DNA from: a virus
Taxonomy: Duplodnaviria; Caudoviricetes
Length of the DNA: 25,097 bases
IMG/VR virus record: IMGVR_UViG_3300020045_005401
Span: 1-25,097 of that record
Direction: 5' to 3' (one strand)
Shown: positions 8,024 to 16,663 of the stretch, piece after piece
Position numbering within the stretch: position 1 is the stretch's first letter
Layout: each line of letters begins with the position of its first letter
Notes under the pieces: model-generated
Seen by the model: only the letters and a program-made list of their open reading frames with translations
What the model was told of the DNA's origin: nothing
The model's database searches: none
Position numbers and translations under genes: made by a program

Positions 8024-8923
8024 ATGGCCGGATTTTTGGCAGCGACCATCGGTCGGGTTGTTCCAAAATACCGGACACTCAGCCAGTGGGCCGAAACCTA
8101 CAGGCTGATAATCAACAGCAAGCCGATCTCGTACAAAACTAAGATTAATAGAGCGAGCAGTCTAAAGCACATCCTCGCCGGCCTCGGCGAACGCAGCGTC
8201 GGGGCCATCCGGCCGCACGAAGTGTCGGCGATGGTACTGGCGATCTACGCGAAAAGCCCGCAGACCGCAAAGAGGGTACTGATCGAGGTTCGCGACTGTT
8301 TCGGCGAGGCGATGAATTACGGCTGGATCGATCGCAACCCGGCACTTGGCGTCAAGATCCCCGCCGTTCATGTGCAGCGCCATAGGCTTACTTTGGACCA
8401 GTGGTGGTTGATCCTGGGCTATGCGCTTGAACACATGCCCGCCTGGGTGCAGCGCATGCTGGCCCTGGCGTTGATTACTGGGCAGCGGCGCTCAGACCTG
8501 GTCAAGATGAAGTTCAGCGACGTTTGGGCCGATCATCTCCATGTCGAGCAGATGAAAACCGGTACGAGGATCGCGCTGCCATTGGCGCTAAGGCTCGATG
8601 TCGTCGGACTATCCCTCGGTGAATTGATCGAGGATTGCCGGGGATACGCTGTTGGCACCGAGTACTTGCTCAGGAAGCATAACGGCTGCCGGCTCGGTGA
8701 TGCGTCGCTCTCGGCGCGATTCGAGACCGCGCGAGAGGGCGTGCTTGACCCAGTTGCGCACCCGCCGTCGCTGCATGAATGCCGCTCTTTGTCCGAACGG
8801 CTCTATCGAAAGCAGGGGCTCAATACCATGACGCTCCTGGGGCACAAGCATCAAGCCATGACCGACATGTACAACGACGACCGAGGCCTATCGAAAGGAG
8901 AGTGGAAGACGCTCTCCATTTAG
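8024..8923 (+). CDS. Tyrosine recombinase, lambda-Int-like, lacking the N-terminal arm-binding domain
   Basis: 299 aa; LALITGQRRSD (R), MKTG (K), HECRSLSERLY (HxxR), LLGHK (H), MTDMYNDDRG (Y), resembling lambda Int catalytic motifs; begins at the core-binding region. Confidence 0.93.
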   Translation: MAGFLAATIGRVVPKYRTLSQWAETYRLIINSKPISYKTKINRASSLKHILAGLGERSVGAIRPHEVSAMVLAIYAKSPQTAKRVLIEVRDCFGEAMNYGWIDRNPALGVKIPAVHVQRHRLTLDQWWLILGYALEHMPAWVQRMLALALITGQRRSDLVKMKFSDVWADHLHVEQMKTGTRIALPLALRLDVVGLSLGELIEDCRGYAVGTEYLLRKHNGCRLGDASLSARFETAREGVLDPVAHPPSLHECRSLSERLYRKQGLNTMTLLGHKHQAMTDMYNDDRGLSKGEWKTLSI

Positions 8924-8956
8924 GTATTTGATGAATCAAACGTCTTAGAGGAAATC

Positions 8957-9529
8957 ATGCCGTTGATCCAGATCACCGCGCCGGCTACCGAACCGGTCAG
9001 TATCGCCGAGGTCCTCGATGCGTCACGCTGCGACGATGCGGCTTTCACGGCGCAGGCCACCATCGTCATCAAGGCCCTGCGTCGGCATGTCGAGGGGCGC
9101 CTGGGGCGCGCACTGGTTTCTCAGACCATGGCGCTGGTGATCGATGCATTCCCCCGCGGAGAAATTGATCTGTGGCTGCCGAGCGTGCAGCGCATCGTTG
9201 CAATCAAGTACGTCGATATCGACGGCGTTCAAAGAACCCTCACCGAATCGGCCTATGTGCTCGATCCATCAAGCACGCCCAGCCGGGTATTCCCGGCATG
9301 GCAAACGAGCTGGCCGCAGACGCGCGGGTCGCCGAACGCCGTGCGCATCGAGTTCGTGGTGGGGTATGGCGATGCCGCGGATGATGTCGAAGAGGATATC
9401 CGCTTGTGGATCATCACGCACGCCACTCAGATGCTCGGTAGCCCTGACGGACTGATCGACCAGCAATTCAAGCCGCTGCCGTTTGTCGACCAGCTGCTCG
9501 ATCCGTACATCGTCTATCGGGCGTATTGA
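8957..9529 (+). CDS. Head-tail connector protein (phiE125 gp8-like)
   Basis: P..EPVS..E, GRALVSQT, WP.T...PNAV.I.F..GYG motifs; GAGGA RBS. Confidence 0.88.
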   Translation: MPLIQITAPATEPVSIAEVLDASRCDDAAFTAQATIVIKALRRHVEGRLGRALVSQTMALVIDAFPRGEIDLWLPSVQRIVAIKYVDIDGVQRTLTESAYVLDPSSTPSRVFPAWQTSWPQTRGSPNAVRIEFVVGYGDAADDVEEDIRLWIITHATQMLGSPDGLIDQQFKPLPFVDQLLDPYIVYRAY

Positions 9530-9531
9530 CC

Positions 9532-9885
9532 ATGGCAGCTACTGAACCGCGCCCTGGCGAACTGAACGAACGAATCACTCTGCGCCTGTGGTCCGACGTG
9601 CCGAATGCCGCGTTTGGCATCGACCCGGTCTTCGATGTCGGAATCAGCCGCTGGGCCAAGCATGAAGCCATTCACGGGCTGGCTCTGCGCGCTGGGGTAC
9701 AGACCGGTGAGGCGCCGACCGATCTGTTCTTCATTCGCGCCGGCAGCGGCACGACGCCGCAGGACATCACCGGCGCGCACGTGGTCGAGTGGTGTGCCCG
9801 TCGTTATCGCGTCATGGACACCATCAGTATCGGCGCGGCACGCCGTTTTACGCGGATCACCGCCAAAGACTTGGGGGCTATCTGA
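9532..9885 (+). CDS. Head-tail adaptor / head closure protein
   Basis: GELNERITL N-terminal motif typical of SPP1 gp16-like proteins; synteny. ATG 9532 preferred over TTG 9526. Confidence 0.82.
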   Translation: MAATEPRPGELNERITLRLWSDVPNAAFGIDPVFDVGISRWAKHEAIHGLALRAGVQTGEAPTDLFFIRAGSGTTPQDITGAHVVEWCARRYRVMDTISIGAARRFTRITAKDLGAI

Positions 9886-10433
9886 TGGAGCAGGAATTCA
9901 TTAAAGGAGGGTACGGCGGAACAGAGATCCACGTAGGTCTCTCCTTTCACAAAATTATCGACTATGACCGCAAGGCGCTTCGGCGTGCAATGGTCAAGGG
10001 GGCCGCGGTAATCCGCAAGGAGGCGCGACGCATGGTCTCGCGCCGGGCGATTTCGGCAGCTGGTGATTTTCCAGGAGTGCAGACGGGTGCACTGCGGCGA
10101 TCGATCGGGGTTGTTTCGAAAGGCAGCCGAGGAGGCTGGATCAAGATCGGTGTTAGAAAGACTGCTGGCATGGATGAGTTCTATCCGGCATTCCTGTTTT
10201 ATGGAACAAAGGGACTCGGTAAGATCGAGCGCGCTGCGCCTGGTCAAGGCGTCGGTAAGTCAAACCGACGCCGACGCGGCGGCCGAGCGGCGATCGTCGC
10301 CGATCGCAAGGCGTCGACCGGCTTCATTGTCGCGCCGCGTAACAACTACATGACAGCCGCGCTCGAGGCGAAAGGTGATCTCATTAGAGACACAATTCGC
10401 GAGTCGTTAAGAAACGCCCTGGTCCCGAGGTAA
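9885..10433 (+). CDS. HK97 gp10-like neck / tail-completion protein
   Basis: Start at ATG 9885 (TGATG overlap); TGALRRSI and FYPAFLFYG motifs; basic protein; synteny. Confidence 0.8.
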   Translation: MEQEFIKGGYGGTEIHVGLSFHKIIDYDRKALRRAMVKGAAVIRKEARRMVSRRAISAAGDFPGVQTGALRRSIGVVSKGSRGGWIKIGVRKTAGMDEFYPAFLFYGTKGLGKIERAAPGQGVGKSNRRRRGGRAAIVADRKASTGFIVAPRNNYMTAALEAKGDLIRDTIRESLRNALVPR

Positions 10434-10436
10434 AGC

Positions 10437-11027
10437 ATGCAAATCGAACTCATCATCGCTGCGTTGCGGGAGCGCTGTCCAAGGTTTGGAGGTCGCGTCG
10501 CAGGTGCTGCGCAATTCAAGTTACTGCCCGAGACGGCATCGTTATCGGTTCCGTGTGCCTTTGTAATTTCAATGGATGACAATCCGGGCGAATCCAGAGC
10601 ACAGAACAGTGTGCGAATTCCTCTTCAAGAGAACTTCGCAGTTGTCGTTGCAGCATCAAATGTTGCCGACGAGCGCGGCCAGGCCGGCGCACATACGATC
10701 CATGCGTTGCGCGGCGAATTGTGGGGAGCATTGCTTGGCTGGCAACCGACCGATGAGCACGATGGAATCATGTATGACGGTGCTTCAGTAGTCGCTATGG
10801 ACCGCGCGCGGCTATGGTACCAATTTGACTTCTCGGCAGGTATGGAGATCGGCCCGAGCGACGGCTGGCAAGACACGGCGCTGGCCGGCCTGCCGCACTT
10901 CGACGGCGTCAATTTCCGCGCCGACTATATCGAACCGGCCGACCCCAACGTCGCCAACCCCGGCCCTGATGGCCGCATCGAAGTGGCCTTCACGTCGCCG
11001 CAGGATAAAGACAGCAACCTGTCCTGA
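10437..11027 (+). CDS. Tail terminator protein
   Basis: RCP.F.GRVAGAA, LW.ALLGW.P and RLWYQF motifs typical of SfV/Mu-tail hybrids; synteny. Confidence 0.8.
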   Translation: MQIELIIAALRERCPRFGGRVAGAAQFKLLPETASLSVPCAFVISMDDNPGESRAQNSVRIPLQENFAVVVAASNVADERGQAGAHTIHALRGELWGALLGWQPTDEHDGIMYDGASVVAMDRARLWYQFDFSAGMEIGPSDGWQDTALAGLPHFDGVNFRADYIEPADPNVANPGPDGRIEVAFTSPQDKDSNLS

Positions 11028-11050
11028 CGGCCTGAAAACGTTTCACCCCG

Positions 11051-11071
11051 ACCCGCTCCGGCGGGTTTTTT
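11051..11071 (+). terminator. Intrinsic terminator-like hairpin before the tail genes
   Basis: ACCCGC-TCCG-GCGGGT-TTTTT. Confidence 0.7.
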
Positions 11072-11090
11072 CGTTAACCAGGAGCAAACC

Positions 11091-11255
11091 ATGTTCGTCA
11101 AACCCACCGCAGGCCGGACCGTACCGGACCCGAATCGCGGCGACGACTTGCCGCCGGAAGGCCGCGAAGTCGAGCCCACCCAGTACTGGCAGCGCCGCGT
11201 CAACGATGGCGACGTGACCGAAGGTACTCCCGCAACTAAGAAGAAGGAGGCCTAA
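11091..11255 (+). CDS. Small Mu-like pre-sheath protein (DUF2635-like), 54 aa
   Basis: Not in ORF track; MFVKPTAGRTVPDPNRGDDLPPEGREVEPTQYWQRRVNDGDV...; AGGAG RBS; classic position before the sheath gene. Confidence 0.88.
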   Translation: MFVKPTAGRTVPDPNRGDDLPPEGREVEPTQYWQRRVNDGDVTEGTPATKKKEA

Positions 11256-11257
11256 CC

Positions 11258-12895
11258 ATGTTGCAAACCTTCAGCACTTTTGTCCGGCGCCATGGTTTGA
11301 CGCTGATGGCGGTCGCCGGCGCACTGCTCTGCGCCCTGGTCGGCGACGCCGTTCATCCGACGCTAGGCCTCGGCCTGATGGCCGTCGGCGCAATTTCATT
11401 CAACTACATCCCGACCAATGTCCGCGTCCCGCTGTTCTATGCGGAAATGGACAACACCCAGGCGGGCTATTTCGCGCAAGACAAGCGCAGCCTGCTCATC
11501 GGCCAGAAGCTGGCCGGCGGATCGGCGGTCGTCAATACGCCGTACCTGGTCAGCACCACCGACATGGCCAAGACGCTATTCGGCGTCGGCTCGATGCTGG
11601 CGCGCATGCACTATATCTACCGGCAGCAGGATGCCTTTGGTGAGGTCTGGTGTATCGCGGTGGCCGATGCCGGCGCCGGCGTCGCCGCGACGGGCACCAT
11701 CACCGTCACAGGGCCGGCCACTGCGGCGGGAACGATCTGCCTTTACATCGCCGGCCAGCGCGTCACCGTCGGCGTCGGGGCGACCGATGCCGCGACCGTC
11801 GTTGCTGCAGCCATCAACGCCGCGATCAACGCCGCGACCGATCTGCCGGTCACCAGCGCCGTTGCCGCCGGCGTCGTAACGATCACTTGCCGATGGAAGG
11901 GCGCGACCGGAAACGATATCTCGATCTGTGACAGTTTTTTGGGCTACTCCGGAGGAGAAATGCTGCCGACAGGGATCGTCCTGACGTACACCGGCAGCGG
12001 CTTCCTGGCCGCCGGCGCGACCAATCCGACGCTCACCGGTGCGGCGATCACGGCGATGGGCGACGACGAGTACGATTACGTCGTTCATCCCTACACCGAC
12101 GCCACCAGCCTCGATGCCTTCGCCACCGAGTACAACGACTCGGTCGGCCGCTGGTCGTGGAGCCGGCAGGTCTATGGCCATTGCTACAGCGCCCTACGCG
12201 GCGCACTCGGCGCACTGGTGACCGCCGGCGGGTTGCGCAATGACCCGCATCACACCATCGCCGGCATCGATCTGGATTGCCCGAATCCGGTGTGGGAGTA
12301 CGCCGCGGCCTACGGTGGCGCCAATGCCCTCGGCCTCAATGTCGACGTCGCTCGCCCGACGCAGACCTTGCCGCTCACCGGCCTGCTCACGCCGCGCGCC
12401 GGCAAGCGCTTCCTGCTCACCGAGCGCCAGTCGCTGCTCAATTATGGCGTGGCAACGAGTTATGTGTCGGGTGGCCTGTTGCGCGTCGAACGGGCGATCA
12501 CCACGTACCGCAAGAACGCCTGGAACCAGACGGACCCGAGTTATCTCGACAGCGAGACGCTGCACACGCTGACCGAGATCACGCGGCGCCTGCGCAATCG
12601 CATCACGCAAAAATATCCGCGCCACAAGCTGGCCGACGACGGAACGCGCTTCGGTGCGGGCCAGGCGATCGTCACGCCGAGCGTGATCCGCGGCGAGCTG
12701 CTCGCCGAGTACAGCACGATGGAAGAGCTCGGTCTGGTCGAGAACGCCAAGCTCTTCGCCAAGTACCTGATCGTCGAGCGCGATACGACCAATCCGAACC
12801 GCGTCAATGTGCTGCTGCCGCCGGATCTCGTCAATCAGCTGCGCATCTTCGCGCTGCTCAACCAGTTCCGCCTGCAGTACGGCGCCAACGCTTAA
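11258..12895 (+). CDS. Contractile tail sheath protein (Mu gpL-like), with hydrophobic N-terminal extension
   Basis: ISFN.IP...RVPLFYAEMDN, FG.GSMLARM, KYPRHKLADDGTRFG.GQAIVTP, PPDLVNQLRIFA motifs; AAGGAGG RBS before 11258. Confidence 0.95.
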   Translation: MLQTFSTFVRRHGLTLMAVAGALLCALVGDAVHPTLGLGLMAVGAISFNYIPTNVRVPLFYAEMDNTQAGYFAQDKRSLLIGQKLAGGSAVVNTPYLVSTTDMAKTLFGVGSMLARMHYIYRQQDAFGEVWCIAVADAGAGVAATGTITVTGPATAAGTICLYIAGQRVTVGVGATDAATVVAAAINAAINAATDLPVTSAVAAGVVTITCRWKGATGNDISICDSFLGYSGGEMLPTGIVLTYTGSGFLAAGATNPTLTGAAITAMGDDEYDYVVHPYTDATSLDAFATEYNDSVGRWSWSRQVYGHCYSALRGALGALVTAGGLRNDPHHTIAGIDLDCPNPVWEYAAAYGGANALGLNVDVARPTQTLPLTGLLTPRAGKRFLLTERQSLLNYGVATSYVSGGLLRVERAITTYRKNAWNQTDPSYLDSETLHTLTEITRRLRNRITQKYPRHKLADDGTRFGAGQAIVTPSVIRGELLAEYSTMEELGLVENAKLFAKYLIVERDTTNPNRVNVLLPPDLVNQLRIFALLNQFRLQYGANA

Positions 12896-12900
12896 CCACC

Positions 12901-12933
12901 ATTGAAGCGTACGAAACGACCGTACGCTTCAAT
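12901..12933. other. Perfect 13-bp stem-loop between sheath and tube genes
   Basis: ATTGAAGCGTACG-AAACGAC-CGTACGCTTCAAT; no U tract. Confidence 0.7.
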
Positions 12934-12950
12934 CTGAAAGGATAAAAATC

Positions 12951-13310
12951 ATGGCACAACGTGTTGCAGGAACGATGTACGTCAAGGTCGACGGCGAGCA
13001 GCTGGAGATCTCCGGGGGGTTCGAATGCCCCGGCATGGACGTCAAGCGCGAGGCCGTCATGAGCGCGACGGGCGTCGCCGGCTACAAGGAAACGGCGATC
13101 AAGCCGTACATCAAGATGACCGCGGTCTTCGTCGCCGAGTTTCCGCTCGAGACGCTGCAGACCAACACCGAGATGACGATTACTTGCGAGCTGGCCAATG
13201 GCCGCGTCTATACGCTTTCTGGCGCCTTTGTCGAAAACGAGATGCCGGCCAAGGCCGATGACGGCACGATCGATATCGAATTCGCCGGGACCAAGGGGCA
13301 ATGGCAATGA
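12951..13310 (+). CDS. Tail tube protein (Mu gpM-like)
   Basis: 119 aa; AGT.YVKVDG and ELANG.VY.L..A motifs; follows sheath. Confidence 0.92.
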   Translation: MAQRVAGTMYVKVDGEQLEISGGFECPGMDVKREAVMSATGVAGYKETAIKPYIKMTAVFVAEFPLETLQTNTEMTITCELANGRVYTLSGAFVENEMPAKADDGTIDIEFAGTKGQWQ

Positions 13311-13651
13311 TCACCATCCCGCTCAAGAAATCGATCCAGGCACACGGCAAGGAGATCGACGAAATCACCCTGCGCCCGCCGGAGCCGAGCGACGTCATGG
13401 AAGAGGGCATTCCCCAACTGCTCATCCCCAGTGCCGACGGCAAGAGCGTTGGCGTCGAGGTGCGCGCCAAGGTCGTCGGCCGCTATATCAGCCGTCTCGG
13501 CTCAATCCCGATGTCGAGCGTCAAGGCCATGAGCTTCGGCGACTTCCAGCGCTGCATGAACGCGGTGATGGGTTTTTTCGGGGATGGCGATGGGGAGGAA
13601 TCGAGCAATTCACCGACCGAGTCTTCGACGTCGCCCAGTTCTGGCGACTAG
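13307..13651 (+). CDS. Tail assembly chaperone (Mu gp41 / P2 gpE-like)
   Basis: ATGA overlap with tube gene; L.K.I.AHG.E...ITLR.P motif; ends near GFF slippery site. Confidence 0.85.
   Translation: MITIPLKKSIQAHGKEIDEITLRPPEPSDVMEEGIPQLLIPSADGKSVGVEVRAKVVGRYISRLGSIPMSSVKAMSFGDFQRCMNAVMGFFGDGDGEESSNSPTESSTSPSSGD
13570..13579 (+). promoter_or_regulatory. Putative programmed -1 ribosomal frameshift site
   Basis: G GGT TTT TTC (X XXY YYZ type); the -1 frame is open to 13746. Confidence 0.7.
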
Positions 13652-13746
13652 ATCCCGCCGTCGTCATGGCCCTGCCGCTTGAGCGTTTCGCGCTCTACGA
13701 GCGGCAGGCCGAACGGCTTCACAAACAGAGTTCTCCCGAGGGGTAG
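13570..13746 (+). CDS. Frameshifted C-terminal extension of tail chaperone (gpE'/gpT-like)
   Basis: -1 frame encodes ...DVAQFWRLDPAVVMALPLERFALYERQAERL..., ends 2 nt before tape-measure ATG and has no obvious start of its own. Confidence 0.65.
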   Translation, partial: GFFRGWRWGGIEQFTDRVFDVAQFWRLDPAVVMALPLERFALYERQAERLHKQSSPEG

Positions 13747-13748
13747 GC

Positions 13749-15440
13749 ATGGCCGATAACTGGCAACTGAAGGCCGTATTGTCGGCCAACGCCGAGAGCA
13801 TGTTGCGGACGTTGAAATTCGTCAATCAGGCGACCAAAACGACGCGCAAATACCTGATGGACGTCGCCTCCAGCGCGACCAACCTAGCTGGCCGTGTCGG
13901 CCTGCCTTTGGGACTGATCAGCGGCGCCCTGGGAGCGCTATCGGTCGCAGGAATCAAGGGGGCTGTCACGTCGTTCGCCGAGCTCGGCGACCAGGTCGTA
14001 AAGTCGGCCCAGCGTATCGGCGTGACGACGGATGAATACCAGAAACTTAAGTATGCCGCCGGCCAGAGCGGCGTCTCGGTCGAGGGGCTGGGCTCATCCG
14101 TGGGGAGGCTAAACAAGGGTATTGCCCTGGCGGCGTCGGGCGGCAACAAGGATCTGGCGGCGCTTTTCAAGCGTACCGGGATCTCGATGCGCGACGCCAA
14201 CGGCCATCTTCGATCGGGTGCCGATCTGCTGCCCGAAGTCGCCGAGATGTTCAAGAAGAATACCAATGCCGCGACTCAGGCGCGCATGGGAACCGCCATT
14301 TTCGGCAAAGGCTGGCAGGAGCTCGCGCCGCTGTTGAAGGATGGCGCAGAGGGAATCGACAAACTGAACAAACGCTATGCGGAACTTGGGCTCGCAGTGG
14401 GCGGCGATGCGCTCCTGGAAGGCGAGGCTTTTGGCGACAAGCTGGAAGACCTGGAGATGGTCGTCAAGTCGTATGGCAACACGATCGCAGCGGAGCTTGT
14501 TCCGGAGTTTAATAAATCTTTGGAAAGCACGATCAAGTGGGCCGTCGCCAACCGCGACCTAATTGTGGTGCCCGTTGCCAAGTTCATCGCCGATATGGCT
14601 GACCAATTGAAGAATGTCGATTGGTCCAGCGTCATCAAGGGCGTCGGCGATTTCGTGACCGGCATCAAGGACTTCATTGGCTGGATCGGCGGCGCCAAGA
14701 ATGCGCTGATCGGCCTGGCCATTATCATGAACGCGCAGACGATCGCGGCGCTCATCGGCCTGGTCGCCTCGCTTGGGCGCGCCGCCTTCGCCTTCCTGGC
14801 CATGGGCGTGCAGGCCTACATTGCGGGGAATGCGTCGCTGCTCTCGATGGTGCGTGTCGCCGCGGTAGCGCTCTTCACGGCCGGGCCTCTTGGCATATTG
14901 GGCGCGGCTTTCGCGTGGATGGGCAGTATGGCGGCCGGTGCCGGCGGCTTGCTGAGCGGCGCCATGGGCTTGGCAGCCGTCGCCGTTCGAGGCCTGGGCG
15001 CCGCGCTGATGGCCAATCCGCTCGGCATCATCATCGGCATCGCGACGGCAGCGTACCTGATCTATAAGAACTGGGACACGCTCAAGGCCTGGTTCTCCAG
15101 CTTCTTCGACTGGATCGGCGAGAAGTTCCAGAAGTTCCTGGGCTGGGCCAAGAGTCTGGCCGGCATCGTCGGCGTGATGTTCGGCGGCGATGGCGGGGCA
15201 GGGGCTCCGGCGGCAATGCCGGCGAGTGGAACGGATCAGCAGACCCTTGCCGACCGTTCGGCGCCGATGGGCAACGGCGAGCGTCCATCGCTCGTTCGCA
15301 ACGCCCAGCAGGACGTCGGCGGCAAGTTCACCTTCGATTTCCAGAATGCGCCGCCCGGCATGCGTCTCGCCGGCATGGAAACCAAGGGACAAACAGACGT
15401 CGACATGAACGTCGGCACCCGCAGTTACGCGATGGATTGA
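13749..15440 (+). CDS. Tail tape measure protein
   Basis: 563 aa, Ala/Gly-rich helical with hydrophobic segments, ANPLG..I and YKNWD..K.WF motifs; follows chaperone. Confidence 0.92.
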   Translation: MADNWQLKAVLSANAESMLRTLKFVNQATKTTRKYLMDVASSATNLAGRVGLPLGLISGALGALSVAGIKGAVTSFAELGDQVVKSAQRIGVTTDEYQKLKYAAGQSGVSVEGLGSSVGRLNKGIALAASGGNKDLAALFKRTGISMRDANGHLRSGADLLPEVAEMFKKNTNAATQARMGTAIFGKGWQELAPLLKDGAEGIDKLNKRYAELGLAVGGDALLEGEAFGDKLEDLEMVVKSYGNTIAAELVPEFNKSLESTIKWAVANRDLIVVPVAKFIADMADQLKNVDWSSVIKGVGDFVTGIKDFIGWIGGAKNALIGLAIIMNAQTIAALIGLVASLGRAAFAFLAMGVQAYIAGNASLLSMVRVAAVALFTAGPLGILGAAFAWMGSMAAGAGGLLSGAMGLAAVAVRGLGAALMANPLGIIIGIATAAYLIYKNWDTLKAWFSSFFDWIGEKFQKFLGWAKSLAGIVGVMFGGDGGAGAPAAMPASGTDQQTLADRSAPMGNGERPSLVRNAQQDVGGKFTFDFQNAPPGMRLAGMETKGQTDVDMNVGTRSYAMD

Positions 15441-15442
15441 TC

Positions 15443-16663
15443 ATGGCCGAAAAGAAGAAACTCGCCGAGGCGCTGCGGCCGGCATCGTTCCGCGGCGTTC
15501 CGTTCAAGGTCGATGCGTCGGATATCGGCGCTGGCCGGCGCACTCAGAAGAACGAATACCCGCAGCGCGACAAGCCCTACGTCGAGGATCTCGGCCGCGC
15601 CACGCGCGAAATCTCGGTGACCGCCTTCGTCGTCGGCGAAGACTACATCGACCAGGCCAATGCAGTGCTCGGCGCGATCGAAGAGCCCGGCCCCGGCACC
15701 CTGATCCATCCGTGGTTCGGCGAACTGACCGTCAGTCTCGACGGCCTGGCGCGGGTCAGCTTCGATTCCGCGCTCGGCCAGGCGCGGATCTCGATGTCGT
15801 TCATTGAATCGGGCGAGCTGACCTTCCCGTCGTCGGAAACCTCGACGCAGTCGGCCAGCCGGATTGCCGCCGGGAAGCTCGAAACGGCGTCGGTCGAATC
15901 GTTCGCCGAGAAGTTCGGCGTCAAGGGGTTTCAGGACTTCGTCGCCGCGGCGGCAAGCGGCAACCTCGGCAAGATGCTGGGCATCGTCAGCTTGTCCGAA
16001 GTCGGCAAGGTACTCGGCTTTGCCAACAGCCTGGCCAGAAGCGTGTCGACGGCGATCGCGCTGATCTCCAACCCGAAAACACTGGGCTGGAAGCTGATGG
16101 GCGCGTTCGGTCTGTCCGGTCTAGCCACCACCGTTGCCGCCTGGTCGAACGTTGCCCGTCAGTTGTCGCGCTTCGGCTCGAGCAGTTCGCTCAAGTCGCC
16201 GGCCGCGTCGTCGATTTCGACGCCGTCGCGCCGGCAGGCCAATACCAATGCCGCCGCCGTCTATGCGCTCGGCCGCCAGGCGATGATCGCGCAAGCCGTT
16301 GGCGCGAGCAGCCTTGTCGGATCGCGTGTCGATTCAACGGCGCGGCCCGTGGTCAGCCATAACGACATGATCGCCGTTCGCGACGAGCTGATCGCTGCGA
16401 TCGACCAGGAGTCGCTGACCGCGGACGACAGCGTTTATGAAGCGCTGCAGGTTGCGCGCAGCGCCGTCTGGAGCGATCTGACGACCCGCGCAAAGGACAG
16501 CGCCCGATTGACGACATTGAAGCCGCTGGAGACCGCCCCGGCGCTGGTGCTGGCCTATGACTATTACGACGACGCAACGCGCGATGCCGACATCGTGTCG
16601 CGCAACGCCGTACGTCACCCCGGTTTTGTTCCGCCGGTTCCCTTGAGAGTGCTGACACGATGA
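15443..16663 (+). CDS. DNA circularization protein (Mu gpN-like)
   Basis: LRPASFRGVPF, EYPQRD.PYVEDLGR, GTLIHPWFG, RN.VRHPGFVP motifs. Confidence 0.92.
   Translation: MAEKKKLAEALRPASFRGVPFKVDASDIGAGRRTQKNEYPQRDKPYVEDLGRATREISVTAFVVGEDYIDQANAVLGAIEEPGPGTLIHPWFGELTVSLDGLARVSFDSALGQARISMSFIESGELTFPSSETSTQSASRIAAGKLETASVESFAEKFGVKGFQDFVAAAASGNLGKMLGIVSLSEVGKVLGFANSLARSVSTAIALISNPKTLGWKLMGAFGLSGLATTVAAWSNVARQLSRFGSSSSLKSPAASSISTPSRRQANTNAAAVYALGRQAMIAQAVGASSLVGSRVDSTARPVVSHNDMIAVRDELIAAIDQESLTADDSVYEALQVARSAVWSDLTTRAKDSARLTTLKPLETAPALVLAYDYYDDATRDADIVSRNAVRHPGFVPPVPLRVLTR

Noticed and set aside
8001-8946. CGTCTT on both sides of the tyrosine recombinase gene (8001-8006, 8941-8946) as a target duplication
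   Set aside because: Only 6 bp; expected by chance.
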